A DNA stretch of 64,000 nucleotides from Rubrivivax sp. SCN 71-131 (GCA_001724995.1 MEFD01000028.1:3620-67619), one strand, 5' to 3'. Positions 48,205 to 62,634 are shown, counted from the first letter of the stretch. Notes: generated from the sequence alone by a model not told the origin. Program-made: numbers and translations.

Positions 48205-49545
48205 ATGACGCACGTGCTGCATCGCCAGCTCCACGCCCCGCTGCCGGTGGCGGTCCGTGGCGAGGGCGTGACCCTCATCGACCAGGACGGCCGGCGCTAT
48301 CTCGACGCCTCGGGCGGCGCGGCGGTGTCCTGCCTGGGGCACGGACACCCCGACGTGCTCGCGGCCATGCACGCGCAGCTCGACCGCCTCGCCTACGCGC
48401 ACACCAGCTTCTTCACCACCGAGGTCGCCGAGCAGCTCGCCGATCACCTGGTCCAGCGCGCGCCCGCGGGCACGACGCATGCCTACTTCGTCAGCGGCGG
48501 ATCGGAGGCGATGGAGGCCGCCTTGAAGATGGCGCGCCAGTACTTCGTCGAGATCGGCCAGCCCGAGCGCGAGCACTTCATCGCCCGGCGCCAGAGCTAC
48601 CACGGCAACACGCTGGGCGCGCTGGCGGTGGGCGGCAACGCGTGGCGACGGCGCCAGTTCGCGCCGCTGCTGATGCCGGTGACGCACGTCTCGCCGTGCT
48701 ACGAGTACCGCGACCGCGGTCACGACGAGACCCCCGAACAGTACGGGCAGCGGCTCGTGCAGGAGCTGTCGGAGGCGATCGACCAACTCGGCGGCACACG
48801 CGTCATCGCCTTCGTCGCCGAGACCGTGGTGGGTGCCACCGCCGGCGCGCTGACGCCGGTGCCCGGCTATCTGAAGGGCGTGCGCCAGCTGTGCGACCGC
48901 CACGGCATCCTGCTCATCCTCGACGAGGTGATGTGTGGCATGGGCCGCACCGGAACGCTGCACGCCTGCGAGCAGGAGGGCGTCGTCCCCGACCTGCTGA
49001 CCATCGCCAAGGGGCTGGGCGGCGGCTACCAGCCGATCGGCGCGGTGCTGGCGCAGGGCCGCATCGTCGAGGCCTTCGCGCGCGGCAGCGGCCTGTTCCA
49101 GCATGGCCACACCTACATCGGCCACGCCATGGCCTGCGCCGCGGCACTGGCGGTGCAGCAGGTGATCGAGCGCGACGGCCTGCTCGAGCGCGTGCGGCAG
49201 CAGGGGCAAGGCCTGGCCGCCCGGCTGGCCGCCACGCTGGGCGGGCATCCGCACGTCGGCGACATCCGCGGGCGCGGGCTGTTCTGGGGCCTCGAGCTGG
49301 TGCGCGAGCGCGAGGGCAAGACGCCCTTCGACCCGCAGCGCAGGCTGCACGCCGCCGTGCGCCGCGAGGCCATGGCGCGCGGGCTGATGGTGTATCCGAT
49401 GGGCGGCACGATCGACGGCCGCATCGGCGACCACGTGCTGCTCGCGCCGCCGTTCATCGTCGCCGACAGCGAGCTCGATGCGATCATCGAGCGCCTGGCC
49501 GCGGCCATCGATGCTGCGACGGCCCTCGCTGCCAAGGAGGCCTGA
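48205..49545 (+). CDS. class III (omega) aminotransferase, PLP-dependent
   Basis: 446 aa. GSEAMEAALKMAR, DEVMCGMGRTG and TIAKGLGGGY (PLP lysine). Confidence 0.92.
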   Translation: MTHVLHRQLHAPLPVAVRGEGVTLIDQDGRRYLDASGGAAVSCLGHGHPDVLAAMHAQLDRLAYAHTSFFTTEVAEQLADHLVQRAPAGTTHAYFVSGGSEAMEAALKMARQYFVEIGQPEREHFIARRQSYHGNTLGALAVGGNAWRRRQFAPLLMPVTHVSPCYEYRDRGHDETPEQYGQRLVQELSEAIDQLGGTRVIAFVAETVVGATAGALTPVPGYLKGVRQLCDRHGILLILDEVMCGMGRTGTLHACEQEGVVPDLLTIAKGLGGGYQPIGAVLAQGRIVEAFARGSGLFQHGHTYIGHAMACAAALAVQQVIERDGLLERVRQQGQGLAARLAATLGGHPHVGDIRGRGLFWGLELVREREGKTPFDPQRRLHAAVRREAMARGLMVYPMGGTIDGRIGDHVLLAPPFIVADSELDAIIERLAAAIDAATALAAKEA

Positions 49546-49655
49546 AGCGTCCGGGAGAACCCGCTTGGCCCGCGCCCGCGGGCGTGTAACCCTTGCACGA
49601 CCACCGCGTCGCCGCCGCGCCGCGACGCCGCCCAACTTCACAGGAGTACCCGCGC

Positions 49656-50648
49656 ATGCCCCCTATCCGTCTGCACCGCAGCTTTCGCCCCTTGCTGGCC
49701 GCGGCCGCCGTTGCCGCCATCGGCCTGCCCGCCACGCCGGCGCTGGCGCAGCAGAAGTTCATCACCATCGGCACCGGCGGCGTCACCGGTGTGTACTACG
49801 CGGCCGGCGGCGCGATCTGCCGCCTCATGAACAAGGACCGCGCCAAGCATGGCATCCGCTGCTCGGTCGAGTCCACCGGCGGCTCGGTGTTCAACGTCAA
49901 CACCATCAAGGCCGGCGAGCTCGACCTGGGCTTTGCGCAGTCCGACGTGCAGTTCAACGCGGTCAAGGGCGTCGGCCAGTTCAAGGACAGCGGCGCCTAT
50001 GGTGACCTGCGCGCCGTGTTCTCGGTGCATCCGGAGCCGTTCACCGTCGTGGCCCGCAAGGAAGCCGGCGCCAAGGCCTTCGCCGACTTCAAGGGCAAGC
50101 GCTTCAACGTCGGCAACCCGGGGTCGGGCACGCGCTCGTCGATGGAGGAACTCCTGGGCGCGATCGGCTGGAAACTCGGCGACTTCTCCCTGGCGGCCGA
50201 GTTGAAGGCCGACGAGCACGGCCCCGCGCTGTGCGACGGCAAGATCGACGGCTTCTTCTACGCCGTCGGCCACCCGAGCGCCAACATCCAGGATCCGACG
50301 ACCACTTGCGGTGCGCAGCTGGTGTCGCTCACCGGGCCGGCGGTCGACAAGCTGGTGGCCGACAAGCCGTACTACGCGAAGGCGACGATTCCCGGCGGGC
50401 TGTATCCGAACAACCCGAACCCGACGCAGACCTACGGCGTGCTGGCCACCGTCGTGGCGTCGAGCAAGGCGCCCGCCGACACGGTCTACCAGGTGGTCAA
50501 GGCGGTGTTCGACAACTTCGACGAGTTCAGGAAGCTGCACCCGGCGCTGGCGAGCCTGACACCCGAAGGCATGATGAAGGACGGCCTGTCGGCGCCGCTG
50601 CACGAGGGCGCGGCGCGCTACTACAAGGAGAAGGGCTGGATCAAGTGA
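49656..50648 (+). CDS. TAXI-family TRAP transporter solute-binding subunit
   Basis: RBS CAGGAG. Signal peptide ...[11 protein letters not shown], then [24 protein letters not shown], typical of TAXI receptors. Confidence 0.9.
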   Translation: MPPIRLHRSFRPLLAAAAVAAIGLPATPALAQQKFITIGTGGVTGVYYAAGGAICRLMNKDRAKHGIRCSVESTGGSVFNVNTIKAGELDLGFAQSDVQFNAVKGVGQFKDSGAYGDLRAVFSVHPEPFTVVARKEAGAKAFADFKGKRFNVGNPGSGTRSSMEELLGAIGWKLGDFSLAAELKADEHGPALCDGKIDGFFYAVGHPSANIQDPTTTCGAQLVSLTGPAVDKLVADKPYYAKATIPGGLYPNNPNPTQTYGVLATVVASSKAPADTVYQVVKAVFDNFDEFRKLHPALASLTPEGMMKDGLSAPLHEGAARYYKEKGWIK

Positions 50649-50733
50649 CGCAGCGCTGACCATCCGTCGGACCGAACCCCCCGGGGCGAAGCAATCCTTC
50701 GCCCCTTTTCGTTTTCGCGCAGGAGCAAGCACG

Positions 50734-53310
50734 ATGGCCACCGACCTGGAGAAGGCGCCGGAGGCGTTGCAGCAGTTGGTCGCCGACACCGACACCGGGG
50801 CGCGCAGTCCGCGCGGCTGGGCCAGGACCGTGATCTTCTCGGTGTCGCTGGGCTGGGCGCTGTTCCAGCTGTGGTATGCGTCGCCGCTGCCCTTCGCGCT
50901 GGGCGCGGGCATCCTCAACGACACCGAGGCGCGCGCCCTGCACCTGGGGCTGGCGCTGTTCCTCGCCTTCACCGCCTGGCCGGCGTTTCGCCGCTCGCCG
51001 CGCCATCGCGTGCCGGTCGTCGACTGGCTGCTGGCCCTGGCCGGCGCCTTCGCCGGGGCCTACCTGCTGCTCTTCTACGGCGAGCTGGCGACGCGTCCGG
51101 GGCAGCCGAACACGATGGACATCGTGGTGGCCAGCGCCGGACTGCTGCTGCTGCTCGAAGCCACGCGACGCGCGATCGGCTGGCCGATGTCGATGCTGGC
51201 GCTGGTCTTCATCGCCTACGCGATGCTCGGCCCGTACATGCCCGAAGTGCTGTCGCACAAGGGCGCGAGCCTCAATCGGATGCTGTCGCACATGTGGCTG
51301 ACGACCGAGGGCGTGTACGGCATCGCGCTCGGCGTGTCGACGAGCACGATCTTCGTCTACGTGCTGTTCGGCACGCTGCTCGACCGCGCGGGCGGCGGCA
51401 ACTACATGATGCAGGTCAGCTTCGCGGCGCTGGGTCACCTGCGCGGCGGCCCGGCGAAGGTGGCGGTGGTGTCGTCTGCGCTCAACGGCATGATCTCCGG
51501 CAGCTCGGTGAGCAACGTGGTCAGCGGCGGCATCTTCACGATCCCGCTGATGAAGAAGGCCGGCTACGGCGGCGTGAAGGCCGGGGCGATCGAGACCATG
51601 AGCTCGGTCAACGGGCAGATCATGCCGCCGGTGATGGGCGCCGCGGCGTTCCTGATGGTCGAGTACGTCGGCATTCCGTACTCGGAAATCGTGAAGAACG
51701 CGCTCCTGCCCGCCAGCCTGAGCTATATCGGCCTGCTGTACATCGTGCACCTCGAGGCGCTGAAGCTCGGCATGAACCCGATCGTCCGGCGCACGCCGCG
51801 GCCGTGGGCGCAGAAGGCGCTGCGCCTCGGGCTGGGGCTGTCCGGAAGCGTCGCGGTGGTGTGCCTGCTGTACTACCTGCTGGCCGCGATCCAGAGCCTG
51901 CTCGGCCCCGCGTCGACCTGGGGGGTCGGCGCTGTCGTGCTGGCGTTGTACGGCTACAGCATCCACCAGGCCGCACGCAGCCCGGACCTGCCCGAGGACA
52001 TCGACATCGAGAACCCGCAGGAGCTCGACACCTGGCCCACGGTGCGCGCCGGACTGCACTTCCTGCTGCCCATCGGCACGCTGATCTGGTGCCTGATGAT
52101 CGAGGAGATGTCTCCGTCGTTGTCGGCCTTCTGGGCGATCGCGGTGCTGGTCGGGTTGATGCTGACACAACACCCGCTGATCGCCCTGCTGCGCGGCCAG
52201 CACGGCGGCACGCCCTGGCGGCAAGGCGCCCGCGACGTGGTCGGCGGACTGAACGACGGCTCGCGCAACATGATCGGCATCGCTGCGGCCACGGCCGCCG
52301 CAGGGATCATCGTCGGCGGCATCACGCTCACCGGCCTGGGCCTGCGCATGACCGAGTTCGTCGACTTCGTCTCGCAGGGCAACGTGGTCGCGATGCTGCT
52401 GTTCATCGCCTTCGTCTGCCTGGTGCTCGGCCTGGGCGTGCCGACCACCGCCAACTACGTGCTGGTGGCCACGCTGATGGCGCCCGTGGTGGTCGAGCTC
52501 GGTGCGCAGAGCGGGCTGGTGATCCCGCTGATCGCGGTGCATCTCTTCGTCTTCTACTACGGCATCATGGGCGACATCACGCCACCCGTGGGGCTGGCCA
52601 CCTTCGCCGCCGCCGCGATCTCCGGCGAGGACGCCATCAAGACCGGCGTCCAGGGCGCGCTGTACGCGCTGCGCACGGTGATCCTGCCGTTCATCTGGAT
52701 CTTCAATCCGCAGCTGCTGCTGCTGGAGATCGACTCGATCGTCGAGCTCGTCGTCGTCGTGGCCGCCTGCACGCTGGCCATGCTGCTGTTCGCGGCGCTG
52801 ACGATGGGCTGGTTCCGCGTCCGGCTCGCGGCATGGGAGGCACTGCTGCTGGCGCTGGCGGTGGCGCTGCTGTTCCGACCGGACTGGTTCATGGACCGCG
52901 TCGCCGAACCGTACCGCGACGCCCCGGCCGAGCAGGCGCTCGCGATCGCCCGCGACGCGCCCGACGGCGGTCGCATGGTGATGGTGATCAAGGGCACCAC
53001 GATCGAAGGCGACGACGTCACCAAGACCGTTGCCGTGCGCCTGGGCGAGCGGCCGCCCGGGGGCGCCGCCGATGGGCGCAAACGGCTCACCGAGGCCGGA
53101 CTGACGCTCGTCACGCTCGGCGGCCAGACGCAGATCGCGCAGATCCGTTTCGGCAGCCGCGCGCAGAAAGGCGGCTTCGAGCAGGGCTGGACGGTGCAGT
53201 CGCTGCGCCTGCCCGCGGACCGCCCGAACCCGCACTGGTTCTACCTGCCGGCGCTGGTCCTCGCCGCGCTGGTGTGGATGACTCAGGGCCGCAGGCTGAA
53301 GGCGGCGTGA
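50734..53310 (+). CDS. TRAP transporter fused permease subunit (TAXI-associated) with C-terminal extra domain
   Basis: 858 aa polytopic protein after the TAXI receptor. The C-terminal ~180 aa soluble-looking segment plus a final TM resembles the DUF3394-type extension. Confidence 0.9.
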   Translation: MATDLEKAPEALQQLVADTDTGARSPRGWARTVIFSVSLGWALFQLWYASPLPFALGAGILNDTEARALHLGLALFLAFTAWPAFRRSPRHRVPVVDWLLALAGAFAGAYLLLFYGELATRPGQPNTMDIVVASAGLLLLLEATRRAIGWPMSMLALVFIAYAMLGPYMPEVLSHKGASLNRMLSHMWLTTEGVYGIALGVSTSTIFVYVLFGTLLDRAGGGNYMMQVSFAALGHLRGGPAKVAVVSSALNGMISGSSVSNVVSGGIFTIPLMKKAGYGGVKAGAIETMSSVNGQIMPPVMGAAAFLMVEYVGIPYSEIVKNALLPASLSYIGLLYIVHLEALKLGMNPIVRRTPRPWAQKALRLGLGLSGSVAVVCLLYYLLAAIQSLLGPASTWGVGAVVLALYGYSIHQAARSPDLPEDIDIENPQELDTWPTVRAGLHFLLPIGTLIWCLMIEEMSPSLSAFWAIAVLVGLMLTQHPLIALLRGQHGGTPWRQGARDVVGGLNDGSRNMIGIAAATAAAGIIVGGITLTGLGLRMTEFVDFVSQGNVVAMLLFIAFVCLVLGLGVPTTANYVLVATLMAPVVVELGAQSGLVIPLIAVHLFVFYYGIMGDITPPVGLATFAAAAISGEDAIKTGVQGALYALRTVILPFIWIFNPQLLLLEIDSIVELVVVVAACTLAMLLFAALTMGWFRVRLAAWEALLLALAVALLFRPDWFMDRVAEPYRDAPAEQALAIARDAPDGGRMVMVIKGTTIEGDDVTKTVAVRLGERPPGGAADGRKRLTEAGLTLVTLGGQTQIAQIRFGSRAQKGGFEQGWTVQSLRLPADRPNPHWFYLPALVLAALVWMTQGRRLKAA

Positions 53311-53984
53311 ACGCGGTGCGCATCGCCCTCATCCATGCACTGGCGCATTCGGTGGCGCCGATCAACGAGGCCCTGGGGCGCGACTGGCCCGAGGCGCAGC
53401 GCATGAACCTGCTCGACGACAGCCTGTCGGCGGATCTCGCGGCGTCGCCCGGCGGGCTGGACGCGGCGATGACGCAGCGCTTCATCACGCTTGCCGACTA
53501 CGCCGTCGACGCCGGCGCGCACGCCATCCTCTTCACCTGCTCGGCCTTCGGGCCCTGCATCGACGCCGTGAAGCGCCGCCATGCGGGTCTGCCCGTGCTC
53601 AAGCCCAACGAGGCGATGATCGACGAGGCGGTGGTGCTGGCCGGCGCGGCGGCGGCGACCGATCGCCCTGCCGTCGGGCTCGTGGCCAGCTTCGGCCCGA
53701 CGCTGCAGTCGATGCCGGGCGAGTTCCCGGCTGCGCTGCCGCTGCGCTGCGTCCTGGCCGAAGGCGCGCTCGAGGCCTTGAACCGCGGCGAGGTGGCACG
53801 CCATGACGCGCTGGTCGCCGATGCCGCGGCACGCCTGCTCGACGCCGGTTGCGGCGTGGTCGCGCTGGCCCAGTTCAGCCTGGCGCGTGCGCGCGAGGCC
53901 GTGCAGGCGCGCTGCCCCGGCGTTCCCGTGCTCACCACGGTCGACAGCGCGGTGCGCGCGCTTCGGGTCCGCCTGCGCGCCTGA
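53307..53984 (+). CDS. Asp/Glu/hydantoin racemase-family protein (arylmalonate decarboxylase/maleate isomerase-like)
   Basis: GTG start overlapping the permease stop (GTGA). VRIALIHA..., FTCSAFG and LAQFSLA resemble the two pseudo-symmetric Cys/Ser loops of this fold. Confidence 0.6.
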   Translation: MNAVRIALIHALAHSVAPINEALGRDWPEAQRMNLLDDSLSADLAASPGGLDAAMTQRFITLADYAVDAGAHAILFTCSAFGPCIDAVKRRHAGLPVLKPNEAMIDEAVVLAGAAAATDRPAVGLVASFGPTLQSMPGEFPAALPLRCVLAEGALEALNRGEVARHDALVADAAARLLDAGCGVVALAQFSLARAREAVQARCPGVPVLTTVDSAVRALRVRLRA

Positions 53985-53999
53985 GCGGCGGCGCCCGGT

Positions 54000-54017
54000 G
54001 CTGCGCGTTGGCGCAGC
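54000..54017. terminator. small GC hairpin between convergent genes
   Basis: GCTGCGC-GTTG-GCGCAGC, with no U-tract. Confidence 0.3.
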
Positions 54018-54044
54018 CCGACGGCACGCGAGGCGAGACCCGTG

Positions 54045-57459
<3,415 letters not shown>

Positions 57460-57460
<1 letters not shown>

Positions 57461-58512
57461 CAGCCGAAGAGGCGCCTCGCCGTCGGCGATCCGGCGGCGA
57501 GGTCGCGCGTCTCGAGCGCGCGGTAGATGCGCTGCAACTCGGTGCCGATGGCGGCGAAGGCGTGCAGCGTCACCGCCTGATCCTGGTCGTCGACGAGGGT
57601 TGCGCCCATGTCGTCGGCAAGCGTGCGCGCGGCGTTGTGCCAGGCCGGGAAGGGTTCGGCCGCTTCCGGCGACTGCGGCACATCCAGGCCCAGCGTGCAT
57701 TCGCGCAGCGCGGCTGCCTGGGGTTGCTCGGCCAGCGCCGCCTGCGGGTCGAAGGAGAGCACGAGCAGCGGCGGCGCGCCCTCCTCGGCCGCGGGCAGCA
57801 CGAGGCGCCCGCTCACCGCCCCGGGGACGAAGCCCAGGCGTTGCGCGCACTGCTGCACGTAGCCGACCGACCAGGCGACCTCGTTGGCGCGCAGCGTGAC
57901 CGCGAGCTGGGCATCCAGCGGCGCGGCGAAGGCGTCGAGCTCGCGTGCCCTGGAGACGACTTCGAGCATGTCGGGGAAGTCCGGCACCGCGCCGATGGCA
58001 TCGGCGAAGGCCTGCACCTTCTGCACGAACTCCGAGTACTCGATCTCGTTGAGCGCGCCGCTGCGGCTGGCCAGTTGCACCGCGGCCTGGACCTCGCCGT
58101 AGCGGCGACCCGGCTCGGGCGGCGCCCACTCGCCGCTCTCGGCGTCCAGTCCCTCGATGAGCAGGGTCTTGCTGCCGGCGCGCCGGCTCGTTGGCAGGTG
58201 CGAGAGCAGGAAGTCGCCGCTGGCCGGGGCTTCGAGCGCCAGCGGCACGACGGCGTCGATGAGCGCATCGATGCGCGCGCTGCGGCGAACGAGGGCCGCG
58301 CGCGGCGCGGTCGTGGCCAGCGCGCCCTCTTCGTCGGGCCGCGCGTCGCCGAGCGCGCCGAGGCCGGGCTCGACGCGAGCGTCGGGCTCGGGCGCTGCCG
58401 CCGCCGCGCGGCGCGGGGCGGCGCGGCGCGCGCGCCACCAGCCCTGCAGCGCGACCAGCGCCAGCACCACGACGCCCAGCAGCGCCAGCGAGGTGCCGAG
58501 CGTCATCTGCAT
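57460..58512 (-). CDS. zipA: cell division protein ZipA-like
   Basis: N-terminal TM LALLGVVVLALVALQGWW, charged/Ala-rich linker and C-terminal globular domain. It sits between smc and ligA, the conserved position. Confidence 0.7.
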
Positions 58513-58521
58513 CGCGTGCTC

Positions 58522-61500
58522 CTAGGCCGCCTCGGCCAGGCCGATCGCCGCCTGCATGTCGACGGCGACGATACGCGAGACGCCCTGCTCCTGCATCGTC
58601 ACGCCGATGAGCTGCTCGGCCATCTCCATGGCGATCTTGTTGTGGCTGATGAAGAGGAACTGCGTGCCCTTGCTCGACATCTGCGTCACCAGACGCGCGT
58701 AGCGCTCGGTGTTGGCGTCGTCCAGCGGCGCGTCGACTTCGTCCAGCAGGCAGAAGGGGGCGGGGTTGAGCATGAAGATCGCGAACACCAGGGCGATCGC
58801 GGTCAGGGCCTTCTCGCCGCCGGAGAGCAGGTGGATGGTCGAGTTGCGCTTGCCCGGCGGCTGCGCCATCACCTGCACGCCGGCGTCCAGGATCTCGTCG
58901 CCGGTCATCACCAGGCGCGCGGTGCCGCCGCCGAAGAGGCTCGGGAACATCTGCCCGAAGTGCTCGTTGACCTGCCGGAAGGTCTCGCCGAGCAGGTCGC
59001 GCGTCTCCAGGTCGATGCGGTGGATCGCCTCCTCCAGCGTGCGGATGGCCTCGACCAGGTCGGCGTTCTGCGCGTCCAGGAAGATCTTGCGCTCGCGCGC
59101 GCTGCCGAGCTCCTCGAGCGCGGCGAGGTTCACGGCGCCGAGCGCGGCGACCTCGCGCTGGATGCGGTCGATCTCGCCCTGCAGGCCGTGCAGGCGCACG
59201 CCGCCTTCCTCGATCGAGCGCGCCAGCGCCTCGAGGTCGACCTCGGCGGCCTGCAGCTGCTCCAGGTACTGCGCGCCGCCCAGCTGCGCGGCCTGCATCT
59301 CGAGCTGCAGCCGCGTGATCTCGTCGCGCAGCGGCTGCAGGCCCTGCTCGACGGACAGGCGCTGCTCGTCGCCGGCACGCAGGCGGCCGCTGAGCTCGTC
59401 GTAGGTGCTGCGCGCCACGGCCAGCTCCTGCTCGCGCTGCTCGCGCTGCGCCAGCGCCGCCTGCAGGCCGGCCTGCGAGGCGGCATCGTCGAAGCTGCCC
59501 AGCTCCAGCTCGAGCTGCTGTCCGGCCTGCACGTTGGCCTCGATCTGGCTGCGCGCCGTGGCGATGACGCGGTCGAGCTCGTCGCGCCGCGCCGCCAGCG
59601 CGCGCGCCTGGAAGCGTGCCTCCTGCGCCTGGCGCTCGAGCGTGCGCTGCTGCTCGCGCGCGTCGGCGAGCACGCGCTCGGCGGCGATCGCCTCGTCCTC
59701 CAGCTCGGCATGGCGCTCCTGCGCCTGGCCCAGCTGCAGGTCCAGATCCTCGAGCCGCGCCTGCCCCGTCTCGCGCCGCTCCTGCAGCGCCTCGTCCTGC
59801 GCCTGCAGCTCGGCCAGCTCGTCTTCGAGCTGCGCGCGGCGCACGTCGGCGGCTTCGGCCTGCTGCGTCAGCCGCAGCAGCTCGACCTGCAGCTGGTGCG
59901 CCTGCGCCTGCCCCTGCGCGGCCTCGCGGCGCGCGCTCGCCAGGCGCTGCGAGGCCTCGGTGTAGCCGGCCTCGGCACGCACGGCGGCGCTGCGCGCCTC
60001 GTCGGCGATCAGGCCCTGGGCGCGGCGCTCGCGCTCCAGGTTCTCGATCTCCTGCGCGCGCTGCAGCAGGCCGGCCTGCTCGGAGTCCGGGGCGTAGAAG
60101 GCGACGGCGAAGCGGCTCACCGCGTGGCCGGCGCGGGTCATGATGACCTCGCCCTGGGTCAGCTTCTCGCGCGCGGCCAGCGCCTCGTCCAGCGACCCGG
60201 CGGTGTAGACGCCCTCGAGCCAGTCGGCCAGCAGGGCACGCAGGCCCTCGTCGGACAGGCGCAGCGCCTCGGACAGCCGCGGCAGCGTGCGATGCGTGCT
60301 CGCCTGCGCCGCCGAGGGCAAGGCGTAGAAGGCCAGCTTGGCCGGCGGCGCGTCGGCCTCGAAGGCGCGCACCAGGTCCAGGCGCTGGCCGACCGACAGC
60401 GCGGCCAGGCGCTCGCGCAGCGCCGACTCGAGTGCCGTCTCCCAGCCGGGCTCGATGTGCACCTGCGTCCACAGGCCGGCCAGTCCGTCCAGGCCATGGC
60501 GCGCGAGCCAGGGCCTGAGCTTGCCCTCGGTCTGCACCTTCTCCTGCAGCGCGCGCAAGGCCTCCTCGCGCGCGGCCAGGTCGGCCAGGCGCGCCGATTC
60601 GCGGCTCACCGCCTCCTGCGCGTCGCGCCGCTGCGCGTCCAGCGCCGGCACGAGCTCGGCCAGCTCGTGCAGCTGCGCCTCGACCATCTCCTGCTGCGCC
60701 GCGGCCTGCGCGTGCTGTTCGGCCAGGTCCTGCAACCTGGCGCGGTCGACCGGCTGCAGGCCTCGGCGCTCGCCGTCCAGGCGCTCGTTGCGCACGCGCA
60801 GCGCGCGCGCCTGCTCGTCCAGGTGGCGGCTGTCGGCGGCCAGCAGCTGGATCTGCTGCTGCACCTCGGCCACGGCCTGACGCTGCACGTTGCTGCGGCC
60901 CTGCGCCGCGCGCAGCGCGTCCTCGGCCTGCGGCATCTGCCCGGCGTGCTCCTGCGCCTGGGCGTCGAGCAGCCCGGCCTGCTCGTCGGCGGCCTCGATC
61001 TGCACCGCGGCGTCCTCGAGCTCCGCTGCCGCGGCCTGCTCGCGCCCGGCCCACAGGCCGTTCTGCGCCTGCAGCTCGGCCAGCCGCGCCTGCGCACGCT
61101 GGCGACCCTCGACGACGTAGCGGATGCGCTCCTCGAGCCGCGAGACCTCGAGCGCCGCGTCGCCGAGCGCGCCCTGGCGCGCGTGCAGCTCGTCGCTGGC
61201 GGCGTAGTGCGACTGGCGCAGGCCCTCGAGCTCGAGCTCGACGTGGCGCAGCTGCGCCACGCGCTCCTGCAGCGTGTTCTCGGCCTGCAGCTCCGCGGCG
61301 CGGATGCGCTCGTGCTCCTGGGTCGCGTCGCGCTGCTTGAGGAACCAGAGCTGGTGCAGCTTGCGCGTGCCCTCGTCCTGCAGGCCACGGTAGCGCGAGG
61401 CGACCTCGGCCTGCTTCTCCAGCTTGTCGAGGTTGCTCTCCAGTTCGCGCAGGATGTCCTCCACGCGCGTGAGGTTCTCGCGCGTGTCCTTGAGCCGGTT

Positions 61501-62043
61501 CTCGGTCTCGCGCCGGCGCTCCTTGTACTTGCTGACGCCCGCGGCCTCCTCGAGGAAGAGGCGCAGCTCCTCGGGGCGGCTCTCGATGATGCGGCTGATC
61601 GTGCCCTGGCCGATGATGGCGTAGGCGCGGGGCCCGAGGCCCGTGCCGAGGAAGACGTCCTGCACGTCGCGGCGGCGCACCGGCTGGCCGTTGATGTAGT
61701 AGCTGCTCGTGCCCTCGCGCGTGAGCACGCGCCGCACCGCGATCTCGCCGAACTGGCTCCAGGGGCCGCCGGCGCGCCCGTCCTGGTTGTCGAAGACGAG
61801 CTCGACGCTGGCGCGGCCGGCCGGCTTGCGGTTGCCGCTGCCGTTGAAGATCACGTCCTGCATCGACTCGCCGCGCAGCTCGCTGGCCTTGCTCTCGCCC
61901 AGCACCCAGCGCACGGCGTCCATGATGTTGGACTTGCCGCAGCCGTTGGGGCCGACCACTCCCACGCGCTGCCCGGGCAGCTGGAAGGTCGTGGGCTCGG
62001 CGAAGGACTTGAAGCCCGAGAGCTTGATCTGGTTGAGTCGCAC
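58522..62043 (-). CDS. smc: chromosome segregation protein SMC
   Basis: GTG start giving VRLNQIKLSGFKSF. Walker A GPNGCGKSNIMDA, long coiled coils, signature LSGGEKALTAIALVFA, and Walker B FCLLDEVDAPLD. Confidence 0.96.
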   Translation of the reverse strand: MRLNQIKLSGFKSFAEPTTFQLPGQRVGVVGPNGCGKSNIMDAVRWVLGESKASELRGESMQDVIFNGSGNRKPAGRASVELVFDNQDGRAGGPWSQFGEIAVRRVLTREGTSSYYINGQPVRRRDVQDVFLGTGLGPRAYAIIGQGTISRIIESRPEELRLFLEEAAGVSKYKERRRETENRLKDTRENLTRVEDILRELESNLDKLEKQAEVASRYRGLQDEGTRKLHQLWFLKQRDATQEHERIRAAELQAENTLQERVAQLRHVELELEGLRQSHYAASDELHARQGALGDAALEVSRLEERIRYVVEGRQRAQARLAELQAQNGLWAGREQAAAAELEDAAVQIEAADEQAGLLDAQAQEHAGQMPQAEDALRAAQGRSNVQRQAVAEVQQQIQLLAADSRHLDEQARALRVRNERLDGERRGLQPVDRARLQDLAEQHAQAAAQQEMVEAQLHELAELVPALDAQRRDAQEAVSRESARLADLAAREEALRALQEKVQTEGKLRPWLARHGLDGLAGLWTQVHIEPGWETALESALRERLAALSVGQRLDLVRAFEADAPPAKLAFYALPSAAQASTHRTLPRLSEALRLSDEGLRALLADWLEGVYTAGSLDEALAAREKLTQGEVIMTRAGHAVSRFAVAFYAPDSEQAGLLQRAQEIENLERERRAQGLIADEARSAAVRAEAGYTEASQRLASARREAAQGQAQAHQLQVELLRLTQQAEAADVRRAQLEDELAELQAQDEALQERRETGQARLEDLDLQLGQAQERHAELEDEAIAAERVLADAREQQRTLERQAQEARFQARALAARRDELDRVIATARSQIEANVQAGQQLELELGSFDDAASQAGLQAALAQREQREQELAVARSTYDELSGRLRAGDEQRLSVEQGLQPLRDEITRLQLEMQAAQLGGAQYLEQLQAAEVDLEALARSIEEGGVRLHGLQGEIDRIQREVAALGAVNLAALEELGSARERKIFLDAQNADLVEAIRTLEEAIHRIDLETRDLLGETFRQVNEHFGQMFPSLFGGGTARLVMTGDEILDAGVQVMAQPPGKRNSTIHLLSGGEKALTAIALVFAIFMLNPAPFCLLDEVDAPLDDANTERYARLVTQMSSKGTQFLFISHNKIAMEMAEQLIGVTMQEQGVSRIVAVDMQAAIGLAEAA

Positions 62044-62190
62044 GCGCCGCCGACGCACCCGTTTCGTGCGTCCAAGTTATTGATTTAACAGAGAAAAAAC
62101 GCTCGTTGGCGAGAGCGCGTCGGGTCGCGGATGATAGCATCGCGCCCTTTGGCGGCCCGTTCGGGACCGCCGCCTTGCGCCCCACCGCTT

Positions 62191-62634
62191 ATGCCTGCCA
62201 AGACCCCACCGCAACGCCCGGCCCCGTCGCGGCCGCCCTCGGCTCCGAGCCGGGAACTGCAGGCGTTCCCGAATCCGGCGCCGCAGCGCGACTACGTGAT
62301 CCGCTTCGACGTGCCCGAGTTCACCTGTCTGTGCCCGCTCACCGGCCAGCCGGACTTCGCGCACTTCAGGATCGAGATCGTCCCCGACCGATTCTGCGTC
62401 GAGACCAAGAGCCTCAAGCAGTACTTCTGGAGCTACCGCAACGAAGGCGCCTTCCACGAGAAGGTGACGAACACCATCGTCGACGACCTGGTGGCGGCGA
62501 TCGCCCCGCGCTTCATCCGCATCCACGCCGACTGGTTCGTGCGTGGCGGCATCCGCACCTTCGTGAGCGTGGAGCAGCGCAAGCGCGGCTGGAAGCCGCA
62601 GCCGGCGGTGGACCTGTCGGCCTTCCCCACGTGA
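62191..62634 (+). CDS. queF: NADPH-dependent 7-cyano-7-deazaguanine reductase (type I QueF)
   Basis: Catalytic-Cys region EFTCLCPLTGQPDF and QueF motif ETKSLKQYFWSYRN. Start set at ATG 62191 (62131 is also possible). Confidence 0.9.
   Translation: MPAKTPPQRPAPSRPPSAPSRELQAFPNPAPQRDYVIRFDVPEFTCLCPLTGQPDFAHFRIEIVPDRFCVETKSLKQYFWSYRNEGAFHEKVTNTIVDDLVAAIAPRFIRIHADWFVRGGIRTFVSVEQRKRGWKPQPAVDLSAFPT

Noticed and set aside
57562-62088. 1508-aa plus-strand ORF
   Set aside because: It is antisense to smc. The composition (runs of L/A/R/G/Q, no motifs) is typical of mirror ORFs in high-GC DNA.
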